In this document: in pieces, positions 28,543-42,550 of the stretch | Layout of the letters: each line of letters begins with the position of its first letter | How positions within the stretch are numbered: position 1 is the stretch's first letter | Assembly: GCA_012295275.1 (NCBI GenBank) | Contig: CM022668.1 | Location: 8,680,001 to 8,744,000, forward strand | Source of the DNA: Chrysomallon squamiferum | Lineage: Eukaryota; Animalia; Mollusca | Reading direction: 5' to 3' | DNA: 64,000 bases | Notes under the pieces: generated by a model | The model's input: the letters and a program-made list of their open reading frames with translations, nothing else | What the model was told of the DNA's origin: nothing | Databases searched by the model: none | Program-made: the position numbers and the translations under genes

Positions 28543-30502
28543 TACACTTTGATTTTTGAGGGAAAAGTTTATTATTTGTTTACTTGTTTATTTATTTGTT
28601 TATTTATTTTATATTAATTTATGAGAGAGAGGGATAGATAGATAGCTAGATAGAGAGAGAGAGAGAGATTTCATCAAACTGAACTACAAATGTTGTAAAT
28701 TACTAACAGAATAACCAAATTTTTTTAATTTTTGACATTTGTGAACTCTTCAAAACGTAATTTTTAAGCACAGCGTCTCCTGATCAATCCAAATAACATA
28801 TGTACACAAGAAAAGTCATGGATATTGGATACATTTACCAAATAAAAAAGGTAAATAATGCTGCACAGTATTTCAGAATTAAGTAGATATTTATGTAAAT
28901 ATCTTGAAAATGATTGAAGGTATGCGTTACCTTAGATTCGTGCATGCGCAGACAGATACCATAACCGTCATTCATTTCATTACAATTACAATATCAGCAT
29001 TGCCATACTGATGCTAGTTAATGTAATTGCGGACTTACATTTTTGTAGCTCTGAATTTTGAGGTGTCGCTAGGGAGGAACTATTGTTTTCTTCTTCAGTG
29101 GGCTTCTTGCAAGCCAGATCACTATATATATATATATACACACGCACACAAATATGTTTTTAATGTATCCAGGACATCTCGGATTAGGCGCTCTGATTAT
29201 AAGATTCATTAATTTCATAATAGGTCCACCCCTGACTTAACGTAGCCAACAACAATCACGATAGCTTGGGTTACTTTAGAATAAATAAATAAATAAATCA
29301 TGAATAAAGAAGAAGAAGAAGAAGAAGAAGAAGAAGAAGAAATATGTTCATAAATATCGTAACAGAAACAGAGCCAGTATAAAATTAACTGAAATAAATT
29401 ACCTATTACTTTTCTATTATGTTTCTCCAGCAGTGACACGTTCCAGGTAACGTACTGATCAGTGTGTTAAATACCAGTAGCGACGCCGTCCTTCCTTCCA
29501 CAGGGTAAAAGTCTAGTCTCGGTCAAACGTCCTCCACGAGCATATCAAAGAGTCAGTGATAATCGGTTCTTGGTGCTTCCTTCTTACAACAGGAATAAGC
29601 TGAATAACTGTTACGTTCTTAGAACATTTAATAGTTTTCGTCTTAGTTTTAGTAAAATTAGTACTTGAGTTCTTCTGCTTACTTATATAGACATCACATA
29701 CAGACAGACACACACATACATATTATATACATATATACATATATACACACATATATCTACATATACATACAGCCGGGTATATATATATAGATATAAAAAC
29801 ATACAGAGGTACATACAAAAACCACACACAGTCATTGTGTCTGCCGTTTTACTGCGAAATGAACGTGGCTGCTGTTGACAGACACACGTCTACAGTCTCT
29901 AGAGATTACTGACAGAATGCTGACACATTGGAAAAAGTACCTTTCTTTTCAATATCATATTGAAAAACGCAAAAAAGAAAACCACACCAAAAAACCAACA
30001 TAAAACACAACCCCCCCAAAAAAAAATCCCCCAAAAACAACAACAGTCGACTTATAATATTTTAATATCTATAAATAATTTAAATAAATTATAGATACTT
30101 TTTATTATTTCTAAATAACTTATATATCTATTCAAATTTGTAATGAATAAATTACCAATACAATTTTTGTGAATAATTACAAAATGTAAATATTATTTAA
30201 CATTATTACGATATCACACAAGTTATATCAAGTTATTAACTGAATGTATGTCTGTGTGTATGTGTTTATGTACATACATACATATATACAGACAGACAGA
30301 CATATACATATGCTTATACGTGTTATTAGGTGACAAAATCTGCATGTTTGTAGGTATCTACATACGTAAGTATTTATATGCAAATTCTATTTTTTCTATG
30401 CTTGCAAACGTGGCATCCTACATGTGTTATATAAATACATCTGATTTCCAGTCGTTTCACTGAATAGTTTGAAAATTCATCTGGGAACCCGACCAGACCA
30501 GT

Positions 30503-31285
30503 ATGAAGGCGTGTATTGTACTTGTCAGTGTTCCTCTTGTGTTGTGCATGTCCACACTCGGTGACTGGATTAAATGTAATTTGTCTACATGATTTTTGTT
30601 TATGTGCCAATATGTGTATGTTTGTGTTTGTTTAATTGTATAAATCCTACCGATACATTACGGATTAACCTAAATGAATTATGTTCATTAATATAGAATG
30701 TGAACAGGTAGGGAGGCAGGTAGGCAGATGGATAGATCGAAAAAGAGAGAAATTTAAAGAGATAGCTAGCTAAAAGCAGAGTGTTGATTAATGTCTAAAC
30801 ATAAATATATCGTGTATTTGTTCATTTCATTTCGTGCTTGTTTTGCTTTATCGTGATATTTATTATTTCAGACTGTCCTTATGCACCTCCACCATCAGCC
30901 TGCACGTTTGACGTCGTGTCTTGTGAAAAACATGGAAAAACAAGTAATGATTACTTCTGCCTAAATGGAAAACATTGCTGTTTGCGTAAGTTGTAATTCC
31001 TTAATATGACATGAAAATTAAAGGAAATCTTAAAAAAAATAAAAAATAAAAAAAATAAAAGAGGAAGTAATATAAATTAATCATCAGTTTCATGTTCTAG
31101 TACACCTTCTACTACCCATATTTCTACTGCTAAAACTGCGAATGCGTAGACAATTCCTACTGCTACTTTCTGAAACATAATTACTTCTAATTTTGCAATC
31201 GTAACCAAAACATTAACAACAATAACAATAATAATAATAATATCTGATATATTTCATTTCAGTTGACGATAACGAAAAACCATAA
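30503..31285 (+). CDS. Secreted 6-Cys peptide gene, copy G
   Basis: TATAAATA near 30430. Exon 1 30503-30575 encodes MKACIVLVSVPLVLCMSTLGDWIK. Cys exon 30872-30985 encodes YCPYAPPPSACTFDVVSCEKHGKTSNDYFCLNGKHCCL (|GTAAGT). Tail exon 31263-31285 encodes LDDNEKP*, followed by AATAAA. Confidence 0.87.
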
Positions 31286-32334
31286 CGTAAATTTAGTTTC
31301 TTCAGTCTTCATAAAACAGTTAACAAAATAAACTTCAACACTTCTGTTGTTATTTTCTTTATCTTTTTATTACATATCTTCATTCACCGTTTCAGAATAT
31401 GTTTTGTTTGTTTGATTATGTCAATTTCTAATGTTCACATACATAATATCCGTGTATAGATGCATACTTATATGTCTATATACAATTACACTGGGTAACA
31501 CTTTACAGTTTAAGAATAGAAAGAAGAAGCAGATTTTGTCACTGTAATTAACAGAGGATAAATAAACCATATTAAATGTGAATGGTACAAATTAATGTCA
31601 ATAAAACAATGCGTTTACAAAATAATTTTACTTAGATTTGCAGATTTTATATTTTAAAACGGCGTATTATGTCATCGTTTTCTCTCTTGATCACAGATGA
31701 ACTGAAACGAGAGGAAAATAAGAAACTGAATTTAAAATATAATAAACTATTACACAAAAACAAAACAAAAAAAAACCGAAAGAAAAAAAAACGACCAATA
31801 TATAATTAAAATGATGATAAAAAAATATGAAGACAAAAGTGAAATAATTGTTATTGTTAGCAGCAGCATTAGTAGTCTTTAGAAGTGTTAGTAGTAGTAG
31901 TTGTATCAACGTTATCAGTAACAGCATCATTACTAACAGCATGTAACTAGGTTATACTGGTAGCATTAGGCTGTGTCATATAAATTTTATAACTTTAAAC
32001 AGACAACAGTCACTTTTATTATAGCCCTCCGTAAAATAAATATTCACTGATGAGGTAAATTTATGATGAAATTGCTTCTATATGATTACAGTATTAATTC
32101 AGTATAATAGTATTTATCATCACATGCCTAATTTCTTGAAATGAAGAAATTGTGTATCACGATGACATTAGTTATCAAATGGTAATTTCATTACATGATT
32201 TATGGTAGAGATTTCTTACCATGCAAAGGCATTGCATTATTTATAACATGACAATATTATTATTTATCAGGTACTCACATAATTTATAATGTTATGATGT
32301 CGTTATCCTGTGATGACATTATTTAACAGTATTA

Positions 32335-32522
32335 TTACTTAAATATACAACAAGCATTGAAGTTATAACATGCATAGCCCGTATTCACGTATCCGCCAAG
32401 AAATACACATCTAGAGGATGTGTATTTGCAGTTCGAAAGTCCGAAATTATACTGACAATCTACAATGATAAGTACTTGGTTAAAGTGTACCTTTGGTAAC
32501 ATTAATAAATAATCTAAACATA

Positions 32523-32555
<33 letters not shown>

Positions 32556-33528
32556 GTTATTATTATTAGTGTTTTTGTTGTTGGTGGTGTTATTATCCAG
32601 TCTCAGTTAATAACGAAGTATTGTATTAAACCAGGCATGGGCAACCTTTTTCGAGAAGCGAATACTAATTAGGATGATTCTGTACGTAGAGTTTATCTTA
32701 AGAAATGTTTTATTTTCATTTACTTCAGGAACTGTTATAATAAAAATAAAATTACATGTGTTTTTGTATGTTAGTAGATACAAAGTAGACTCATGTTATA
32801 ATATTTGAATTAACGTTATTTTCCTTGTGAAATTAGACAGCCACTCAGAAAGCCGCGCGGGCCGCAGTTTGCCCATGACTGATTTAAACACAACTATATA
32901 TTGCCATGACGTCATCACTTTATGAGGCTGACCGTGATTCTCTAAATAATCTTCTAGTCATAAAGAAGTAATATAGCAGTCAATTCGTAAGGTCGCAAAG
33001 ACGTCATGATTACAGCTGTTAATGTTAATGAAATTGCAGGCTTCAAATACTTTTTTTGTTGTTGCTGTACTATTTTATTACTATACTGTGTTATAGCAGT
33101 AGAATGATCGCTAAAACCAGTAATATAATAACTTAGAAGTACAACGAATTTCATTAGATATTTTAATCATATATAAAACTGGTTTGATTTTGAAATAACA
33201 AGAAGTGGTTTTCTCAATTAATTAATATGCAAACCAACAAACAGTGAAATAATATTTTATTTTTTACCTTTTATTTTTTGTCCGAATTATATGAATACTG
33301 GATTATATATTTTTTAAAGTTTACTTATTTCTCAGTACTTTGTGATGTTAAAACTAATAACATTAGCATATTTCACTGAGAAACGTTCATTTCACAATAA
33401 TTAATAATTTTAAGAAGAGTAAATCAATAACGTATACAGAATTAACTCTTTTACAAGACGGGTATTGCTTAAAAATTGGTCCAAAAGTGTATGCATGAAA
33501 TATTTGTACTTTTATGAATAAAACTTTA

Positions 33529-33570
<42 letters not shown>

Positions 33571-33708
33571 AAAGCTTACGTGGTTTTTTTGCGACTGAAA
33601 TGAGAAATAAAATAACAAACGCTAAAACAATAAAAAAATATATATATTTTAAACAATGCAGCTCCTAATAAAACTCCTGCTACTAATACTAAGCATACTG
33701 TTACAGCT

Positions 33709-33745
<37 letters not shown>

Positions 33746-34270
33746 CTACTACCACTACTATAACTACTTCTACTATTACTACTACTACTACAGCTACTAG
33801 CACTACCACCACCACTATACAATATTTGTTGCAACTGCTTAATCAGACAAACATTGTTACAAAACAATATGAACAAATTAAAAAACAGGACATGGAGGCA
33901 ATAACGACATGAACAAAAACTCGTTTTATGACTATGATTATCACTACTAGTGGATACAAACTTCCAACAATGTTATGGCGACTACTTTTTAGTACCTCTA
34001 CTACTACTACTTCTACTACTACTACTACTACTACTATTATTATTCTACTACTATTTCTACTACTACTATTATTTCAACTACACTTACATTAGTGCTATTA
34101 CATAGCATACTACACTAATATTACTAATGCTGTTCAGTCTACTAGTGCTACTCTTTATTACGACATAAAAAAAGCCTTTGAAAATAGAGGTACGGGTCGG
34201 GTAACTTACATGTGATGACAGCATTTGCTGCAGTAAGACACAATGCAGCAAAGATGACAAATAGTCTCAT
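32335..34270 (-). CDS. Secreted 6-Cys peptide gene, copy H (with 15-nt micro-exon)
   Basis: Exon 1 34270-34210 encodes MRLFVIFAALCLTAANAVIT (|GTAAGT). Micro-exon 33594-33580 encodes FAKKP. Cys exon from 32459 encodes HCQYNFGLSNCKYTSSRCVFLGGYVNTGYACYNFNACCIFK*. The donor is TTAAGT rather than GTAAGT, so it reads through to a stop at 32335. The ancestral tail exon (xHL*) remains at ~31691-31701. Confidence 0.83.
32632..32881. mobile_element. hAT-like MITE in the intron of copy H
   Basis: TIRs CAGGCATGGGCAA ... TTGCCCATGACTG. The 8-bp flanks TATTAAAC and ATTTAAAC form an imperfect TSD. The paralogous intron (~39160) lacks the element. Confidence 0.75.
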
Positions 34271-34372
34271 GTTGTTTCTGTGTTGAGATGACTCTAGCGT
34301 TGTCAGTCTGACTTGTTTAACTGCTTTATATTACCTCAGAATGACACGTATGTATCAAAATATATGTATATA

Positions 34373-34412
<40 letters not shown>

Positions 34413-35139
34413 AATTAATTAAAATGTCAATGAAATATGATGAACAAAAATAAAAGATTTATTATGAACTTTTTACGCAGTGTTATGAAAATGAAACCTG
34501 AACCAGAAATATTATCATTATGTTAAAAAATGAAACTGATACTATCAAATGAACTAACTATAATTTTAATACCCCTCTCAAAATAAAAATAATGAACAAA
34601 CTTCAGGGTGAGGAGGTGGGTCCAGTGCATGCACAGTGAGAATACAACCAAAACTGACCAATAAAATATTTCACTAACTCATCTACTGTAGCAACACATC
34701 TGTCTAATTATTGTAGTTGAGGGAAGACAAAGAAGGGGTTCTGCCTGCAAGACACAAGAGAGTGCAAACCAGATCCAAGTAACGAACTGTTTCTGGTAAT
34801 TTGTTTTGTTTCTTCGATTTTTTCTCACTAAATTCGTGAGGAGCTAGTCGTGTTTTGTTTGCTTTTACAGTTTGTTTTTCCCATATTCGGTTTGTTCAAT
34901 TGGCTTTGTAGTACTTTGCACGCTGGATTTGTGGCCTTCCCTTACACGTTGCCTTATAGTCCTGCCGTTATTATTACTACTAGCTGTACACTTTATTGTC
35001 TCCGACGACGACAAATACAACAACAACAAATAGTAATAAAATAAGAAGAACCAGAAAAACGATATTAATAACAACAACAACAAGAGTAATAATAAATATA
35101 TTTACCGTTCAAGAAGGTAGGTCTTTAATATCTATTCAC

Positions 35140-35750
35140 TATACTTTTGCTGGATTAAAAAAGCCAGGTGCTTCTCTCCAGGGGTGATTTGTACTAGACT
35201 TAACCCGACGTATTTCTGACAGTAGCTTAACTTGCTGAAACAATATGGACATGAAATTTGACACTTGATCAGACTGAATTTCAACTGATAAACCAGTCAT
35301 CATGAAATATTTTATTATCTCTTTATCTACCACATGAGCAGTTATTTTAAATAATGCGATTACCTCTGGGAACCTAGTATTCACACCACACTATTCTCAA
35401 CTGATATTCGTTGCCCTGACAGGTTCTGAGTAATGGTCGCACAATATCTATTAATACTTTTGAAAACTCGCTTCTAATGAATGGTATCAACTGTGGAGGT
35501 GCCGGGGAAAATAACTTGATTTGGTTTCCCATTTTTCTGAGATACCTTACAACTTTTGGTGTATTGCAATCACACGTTTTCGTTCGCCGCAAATGACCCG
35601 CAAATACCTTATCAACTTAGCATTTCCTGTCTGTATGTTATAGGTTCTACAACTTCATGCTTCTCACTTTTATCTGATATGATTTTATTTAAGGTTTTCT
35701 TCATTAACACATCATTTATAACATAAAAACATTCACTGTCACTTTAACAA
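35140..35750 (-). mobile_element. Degenerate Ty3/Gypsy integrase fragment
   Basis: Minus-strand frames read GNQIKLFSPAPPQLIPFIRSEFSKVLIDIVRPLLRTCQGNEY and TRFPEVIAL...EIQSDQVSNFMS...VKSSTNHP, matching integrase core motifs, with frameshifts. Confidence 0.82.
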
Positions 35751-37607
35751 ATAAAAGAACAAGCAAATACACAAACATAAAACATTTTTGTAAATAAATA
35801 TATTAATTAATAGATTAATTGACTCACCAGATCGACAGATAGATCTGCAGACTGAGACATTGGTATTTCTGCGTGTGTGTGGGTGGGTGGGTGGGTGTGG
35901 GTGTGGGTGTGGGTGTATCAGAACTATTTACTTTCAGACTATATGACCTAATAATAACCAGGCTAGCGGAGCACACATCTATATATAACCATGCAAATAA
36001 TTTAATTACTTTCAATTACTTTCTTATTTTTCAGGCATACAACAAAACTTGTCATATCAGGGCTGAACAAGACAGAAAGAATGAAAGTTCGTCATCACCT
36101 GTAAATACACTGTTCTAATCATCTCTACTTTCAGTACAGCATGACTTTCACTGTTATTATTACTGCTGTTGTTATTATTAATATTACTGCTTATTAATTT
36201 TTAATTCATTTATTTTTATTTATTTATTCCTATATTATTAAATTGTTCTGTATATGTATCTACATGTATGTACATGTATGCGTGTGTTTGTGACCTTTAT
36301 TTTACTTTATCTTTTTGTATCTTTCAGTCTGTCTCTCTCTCTTCTCCCTTATTACTACTGTTCTTGTGTATATAATATTTTTATTCAACAAAAAGATTTA
36401 TGGGAAAAACTATTGTTGGGAATTGTTGACTGGAACCGGATAAAAAAAGATGAACATCTTGAGAGCATCTACAATAGTAAAGCAAACAAAACACGACCAG
36501 TTCCTCACGAATTTGGTGATGAAAACAACGCCTCTTGAAACATCAATAAGGAAAAAATGAAGAAACAAAAAAATCAGCAGAAACATTTCGTTACGCTTCG
36601 ATCTGCTCCACAGTCTCTTGTGTCTTGCATGCAGAATCTCTTCTTTGCCCTCCCCCAAATCTGTTCTGCAACAGAAGAATATCATATAAAAGTTGCAATT
36701 ATTAGACAGATGTCTTGTTGCAGTAAACGAGTTGTATTATCATTGTGCCTGGACTGGACACATCACCAGACTTCATTTATAAAATATAAGCTTTAATCGT
36801 CTGTGTTTATAAAATTAGTATTTTCTACAGGAGCATAAAATAAAAATAAAAACCTGCCAGTGATGTGCGTAATAACTTAAAAAAATTAAAGGCACTGTGA
36901 AATTTCACAGATGTAAGCCAGAAATGTATATCACTGTTGCCTATAATACAAACTGAAAACTGTGCTTAAATGTATTCTTACAGTCCATAAATCTGTAATT
37001 TAATTTCTATGTTATGTCTTATCGCATCTTAGACATACATGTATTTGTTATATCCTTTTCTTTAATTTAGCGACACACACACAGATCTGTGTGCGTTTTT
37101 ATTATACATCATTTATATTGTGAATCACACAAATAGACACGCACAGAGAAAAAACACACATGTATATAATTGTCTGTCAGACGCCTAAAGCAATTTTTTT
37201 AGTTATAATTTTTTCGTTATTTTTATTTTTAGAGGGGCTGTCAAAATTCCTTTTGGAATTTATTTTATTTATTAATATAATTAACATAAAGATAATATTT
37301 CTGGTTTAATCACGAGAACACTGCGTAAAAATTCCTTTTTAATTTTCATTAAAAAAATCGTTGTGTTTTTGTTCATCACATTTCACTGACATTTGACTGA
37401 TATAAGAAAAACAAGAAGAAAATATGTTGAAATTTTAATATAGTTTCAGCACTTTTTGAACTTTTCTTTCTCAGGTTTATATAAATTATTGTTGTTATTT
37501 TATACATACATATATTTTGATACATACGTGTCATTCTGAGGTAATATAAAGCAGTTAAACAAGTCAGACTGACAACGCGAGAGTCATCTCAACACGAGCC
37601 AGAAACT

Positions 37608-38285
37608 ATAGCAGACTGTGTGTCCTCTGAGTCCTCGGTGTCATCACTGCTGCATTGTGTCTTACTGCACCAAATGCTGTCATCACATGTAAGTTACCCG
37701 ACTCGTGCCTCTATTTTCAGAGGCTTTTTTATGTCGTAATAAAGAGTAGCACTAGTAGATTGAACAGCATTAGTAATATTAGTGTAGTAATGTTATATAA
37801 TATCACTAGTGCAGCAGTAATAAAGATGATAGACATAGTGGTGATACTGCTGGTAGTAGTAGGAATAGAGGTAGTTAAAAAGTGGTCCCAGTACATTACT
37901 GGAAGTTTGTATCCACCAGTAGTAGTAGCATTAGTAGTGATAATCATAGTCATAAAACCAGTTTTAGTTGATGTCGTTATAGTAACAACATGTATGCATC
38001 CATGTCCTGTTTTCTAATTTATTTATAATGTCTGTAGAATGTTTGTATGATTAAGTAGTTGCAACAGATATGGTAGTGCTGTGGTGGTGGAAGCAGTAGC
38101 AGTTGTAGTAATAGAAGTAGTTATATTATTATTATTATTAGTATTAATAGTTGTAACAGTATTATTAGTACTGGTAGTAGTAGTAAGAGTTACAGTAGGA
38201 GCTGTGTTGTTTAAAAGATTTCTTTATAGCTTTAGTTTTTATTATTTATTTCTCATTTCAGTTGCAAAATTACCACTTAAATTTT

Positions 38286-38380
<95 letters not shown>

Positions 38381-39167
38381 CATCATCATCATCATCATAA
38401 TCATAATAATGCTCAGATATACAAGTCACGTTTTTCTGAAAGAAAAAAAAAAGAGAAAAAAACATAGGAAGAAACAACTTATATGTGGAAATAAATTCTC
38501 AAATGATCGAAATATATTCGTTCGTTGAATATTAACCATAAATTGATTTACATTGAATATTAACCATAAATTGATTTTGAGCAAATTTTTAAGCTATACC
38601 TGCCCACTAAATGAGTTAATTCTGTATACTTTATTATTTTCCTCTTCTTAAAATTATTATTTTTAAATGAACGTTTCTCTGTGAAATATGCTAATTTTAT
38701 CTGTTTTAATATATTAATGCACTGTGGAAGATAAAACTTTTTATAAATATACTCCAGTATTCATACAATTCGGACCAAAACTAAATGTAAAAAATAATTA
38801 TTTCACTGCTGTTTGGCTTGCACGTTAGTGATAATAAACAGTGTTTCCTTTTATCGCTTAATTGAGAAAACACATTTCTTGTTTGATTTTCAAAATCAAA
38901 TCAATTTTATATGTAATTAAAATATCTGATAGAATTATTTGCACTTCTAACTTATTATTTTACCGGTTTTAGTGAACTTTGTATTGCTATAACACAGTAT
39001 AATAATAAAATAGGACTACTAAAGACAAAACTTGATTTGAAGCCTGCAGTTTCGCCCCATTTACAGCTGTAATCATGACGCCTTGCCGACCTTACGAAGT
39101 GACTGCTATATTACGTCTTCTTCATTATGACTAAATGAGTATTTACAGAAAAATAGTACTGTTTAAT

Positions 39168-39247
<80 letters not shown>

Positions 39248-39892
39248 AACTATGTTTCTATTATTTACTAATGTCACCAACTGTACTTTAACCAATTCTT
39301 CTTTATTTATCATTGCAGATTGTCGGTTTAGTCCCGAACCTTCGAATTACATTTACACATACTCTAGATGTGCATTTCTTGGCGGATACGTAAATATAGG
39401 TTATATATGTTATAATGGCAATCCTTGTTGTATAGGTAAGTAATAATCTGTTAAATAATGATTTCATATGATAAATAATGTTTTCACAGGATAATCATAT
39501 CATCGCATTATAAATAATGCACCTGATAATATGATCAAGTTAAAAAATAATGCAGTGCCTGTACATGGGCAGTAATCTCATAAATAATAAATAAAGTCAT
39601 CATGTAAAAGGTAATGTTAACTTACAATAAATCACAGAGTGTGATGAAAGAACCATTTGATAACTAATGTCATCACATGATATACCATTTTTTTTCTTTC
39701 AACGAATAAGGCATTTGATGATAAACACTATGATATTGTGATAAATAATGAACTCATATAGAAGTGATTTCATTAAAACTTAACGGCATAACTGAATATT
39801 TATTCATTGAGGGGTATAGTATATTTTACTGTTATGTGTTCAAAGTTATGAAATTTATATGACACAGCCTAATACTACCAGTATAACCTAAT

Positions 39893-39942
<50 letters not shown>

Positions 39943-40368
39943 ATACTACTACTACTACTACTAACTACTACTGCTACTACTAAATATAACTAACGCTGTT
40001 GGTGTTGCTACTTATTATAAAACAGTAAAAACAGTTTTATTGCTACTTCAACCACTACTACGACTAATACTCCTGCTGATAGCACTGCAGATACTGTTAC
40101 TACAACTGTTGCCAGTAGTATCATTACAATTCTTCTGCTAAAGCTACTCCTGCTGCTACTACTGCTACTGCTAGCACACGTACTACAAGTAATATTACTA
40201 ATACTGCTGCTGTTACTGGTACTAAGAATAACAATTATTTCAACATTGTCTTCACATTTGTTCTTTTTATCATCATCATCATCATCATCATTATAATTAT
40301 ATATTGGTCGTATTATTATGTTTTTAAATTCAGTTTCTTATTTTCCTCTCGTTTCAGTTCATCTGTGA
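37608..40368 (+). pseudogene. Pseudogenised paralogue of copy H (H')
   Basis: Signal exon ...VITAALCLTAPNAVIT|GTAAGT ends at 37688 and lacks an ATG. Micro-exon 38262-38276 has donor TT. Cys exon 39319-39435 encodes xCRFSPEPSNYIYTYSRCAFLGGYVNIGYICYNGNPCCI with Cys2 changed to Tyr. Tail exon 40358-40368 encodes VHL*. Confidence 0.8.
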
Positions 40369-40754
40369 TCAAGAGAGAAAACCATGATATAATACGCCGT
40401 TTTTTATATAAAATCTGCAAATCTAAGTAAAATTATTTTGTAAACGCATTGTTTTATTGACATTAATTTGTACCATTCACATTTAATATGGTTTATTTAT
40501 CCTCTGTTAACTTGGATGAAAAATCTGCTTCTTCTTTCTATTCTTAAACTGTGAAGTGTTACTTAATTTAAATGTATATAAGTCTGCATACATTTTTACG
40601 TACATATCTATTGAAATATTGAATGAATATATAATAAAAAGATACAGAAAGTAGCAACTGAAGAGAAAACAAATTACAAACAACGTAAAAACAGAAGTGT
40701 TGAAGTTTATTCTGTTAACTGTTTTATGAAGACTGAAGAAACGAAATTTACGTT

Positions 40755-40790
40755 ATGGTGTTATAAGTTATCGCTAACTGAAATGAATTA

Positions 40791-40829
<39 letters not shown>

Positions 40830-42225
40830 TGTTGTTGTTGATGTTGTTGTTATTATTATTGTTCTTCTGTTATTATTGTTATTATTACACTAGTATAATT
40901 ATCGTGGCAGTAGTGACTTTTACAAGCAGAAGTAGTGAATGTAGTGAGAAACGTAAATAGAGAAAATCTTGTCGTTACAGTCGCAAACTTAGAAGTAATA
41001 CATTTTCAGAAAGTAGCAGTAGGTAATTGTAGTAGAAGTAGATTTAGTAGTTTTCTGAATTGTCTACGCATTCGCAGTTTTAGCAGTAGAAATATGGGTA
41101 GTAGAAGGTGTACTAGAACATGAAACTGATACATGAACAAAATCGTTTGTGATTTTGTGTCCAAGCTTTTGACAGTATACAAAAGCTTCAGCTAATACAA
41201 CACAAATGACATATTTTGTGAGATTAATTTCCATTAATGACTTGTTACTTCTTCTTTTTCAAAAACTTCCTTTAATTTTCATGTCATATTAAGGGATTAC
41301 GACTTACGCTAACAACAGAGTTTTCGATTTAGGCAGAAGTAATCAGTAGTTGTTTTTCCATGTTTTTCACAAGACAGATGTCACACCTGCAGGTTGATAG
41401 TGAAGGAGCATAAGGACAGTCTGAAATAATAAATACGCTGATCACGATAAATCAAAAACAAGCACGAAACGAAATGAACAAATACACAGCCGCTAGTTTT
41501 AAATAACATGTATCTTTGGTAATTTTGTGAATGAAAACTGTTTTCAGTAATGGTCTTTTGATATCTAAACCAGCAATAAAACAGTAAAGAAGTAACTTTG
41601 AACATAAGTAATTTATACAAGTAAATAGAGTTCCGTCCAAAGAAATTATATTTATGGTCAATGCCCGAAAATATAAAATATATTTATTCACAGATATTAA
41701 GCGATATTTGATTTTACTTAGTTATCTGTCTATCTATGTCTGCTTATCTCTCTCTCTATCTATCTATCTATTTGTTTATCCATCTATCTATTTGTTTATC
41801 TATCTATATATATGTCTGTATGTTTATCTATGTGACTATATCTATTTGTTTATCTATCTATACATATGTATATCTGTTTATCCATGTGACTATATCTATC
41901 TATCTATGCATGTATCTGTCTTTCTGTCTCTCTATTTATCTATCTATCTACCTATTCTCTCTTTTTCTATCTGTTCTTCCATCCATCTGCTTACCTGCCT
42001 CCGTACCTGTTCACATTCTATATTAATGAACATAATTCAGTTAGGTTAATACGTATCGGTAGGATTTATACAATTAAACACACACAAACAGACATATAGG
42101 CAGACAACACATGCAAAGAAAATAAAATTGAAATAAATTTCATGTAGATAAATCACGTGGAATCCAGTCAAAGATTGCGGATACAACACAAGAGGAACAC
42201 TGACAAGTACAATACACGCCTTCAT
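40755..42225 (-). pseudogene. Pseudogenised paralogue of copy G (G')
   Basis: Exon 1 from 42225 (MKACIVLVSVPLVL) has a 4-nt deletion relative to G. Cys exon 41420-41308 is 113 nt (CPYAPSLSTCRCDI, then a 1-nt deletion). A tail exon relic lies near 40755-40777. Confidence 0.8.
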
Positions 42226-42340
42226 ACTGGTCTGGTCTGGTCTGGTTCCCAGATGAATTTTCAAACTATTCAGTGAAACGACTGGAAATCAGATGTACTT
42301 ATATAATATGTGGAGACCGCGCAACCTCTGCTGCCCGGCG

Positions 42341-42540
42341 NNNNNNNNNNNNNNNNNNNNNNNNNNNNNNNNNNNNNNNNNNNNNNNNNNNNNNNNNNNN
42401 NNNNNNNNNNNNNNNNNNNNNNNNNNNNNNNNNNNNNNNNNNNNNNNNNNNNNNNNNNNNNNNNNNNNNNNNNNNNNNNNNNNNNNNNNNNNNNNNNNNN
42501 NNNNNNNNNNNNNNNNNNNNNNNNNNNNNNNNNNNNNNNN
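42341..42540. other. Assembly gap (200 N)
   Basis: Run of n characters. Adjacency of the two sides is not proven. Confidence 0.99.
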
Positions 42541-42550
42541 CTTTCTTCAG

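Noticed and set aside
29420-29600. GC-richer island with CC codons after a minus-strand acceptor
   Set aside because: Stops in all frames examined, and the cysteines do not fit the family spacing.
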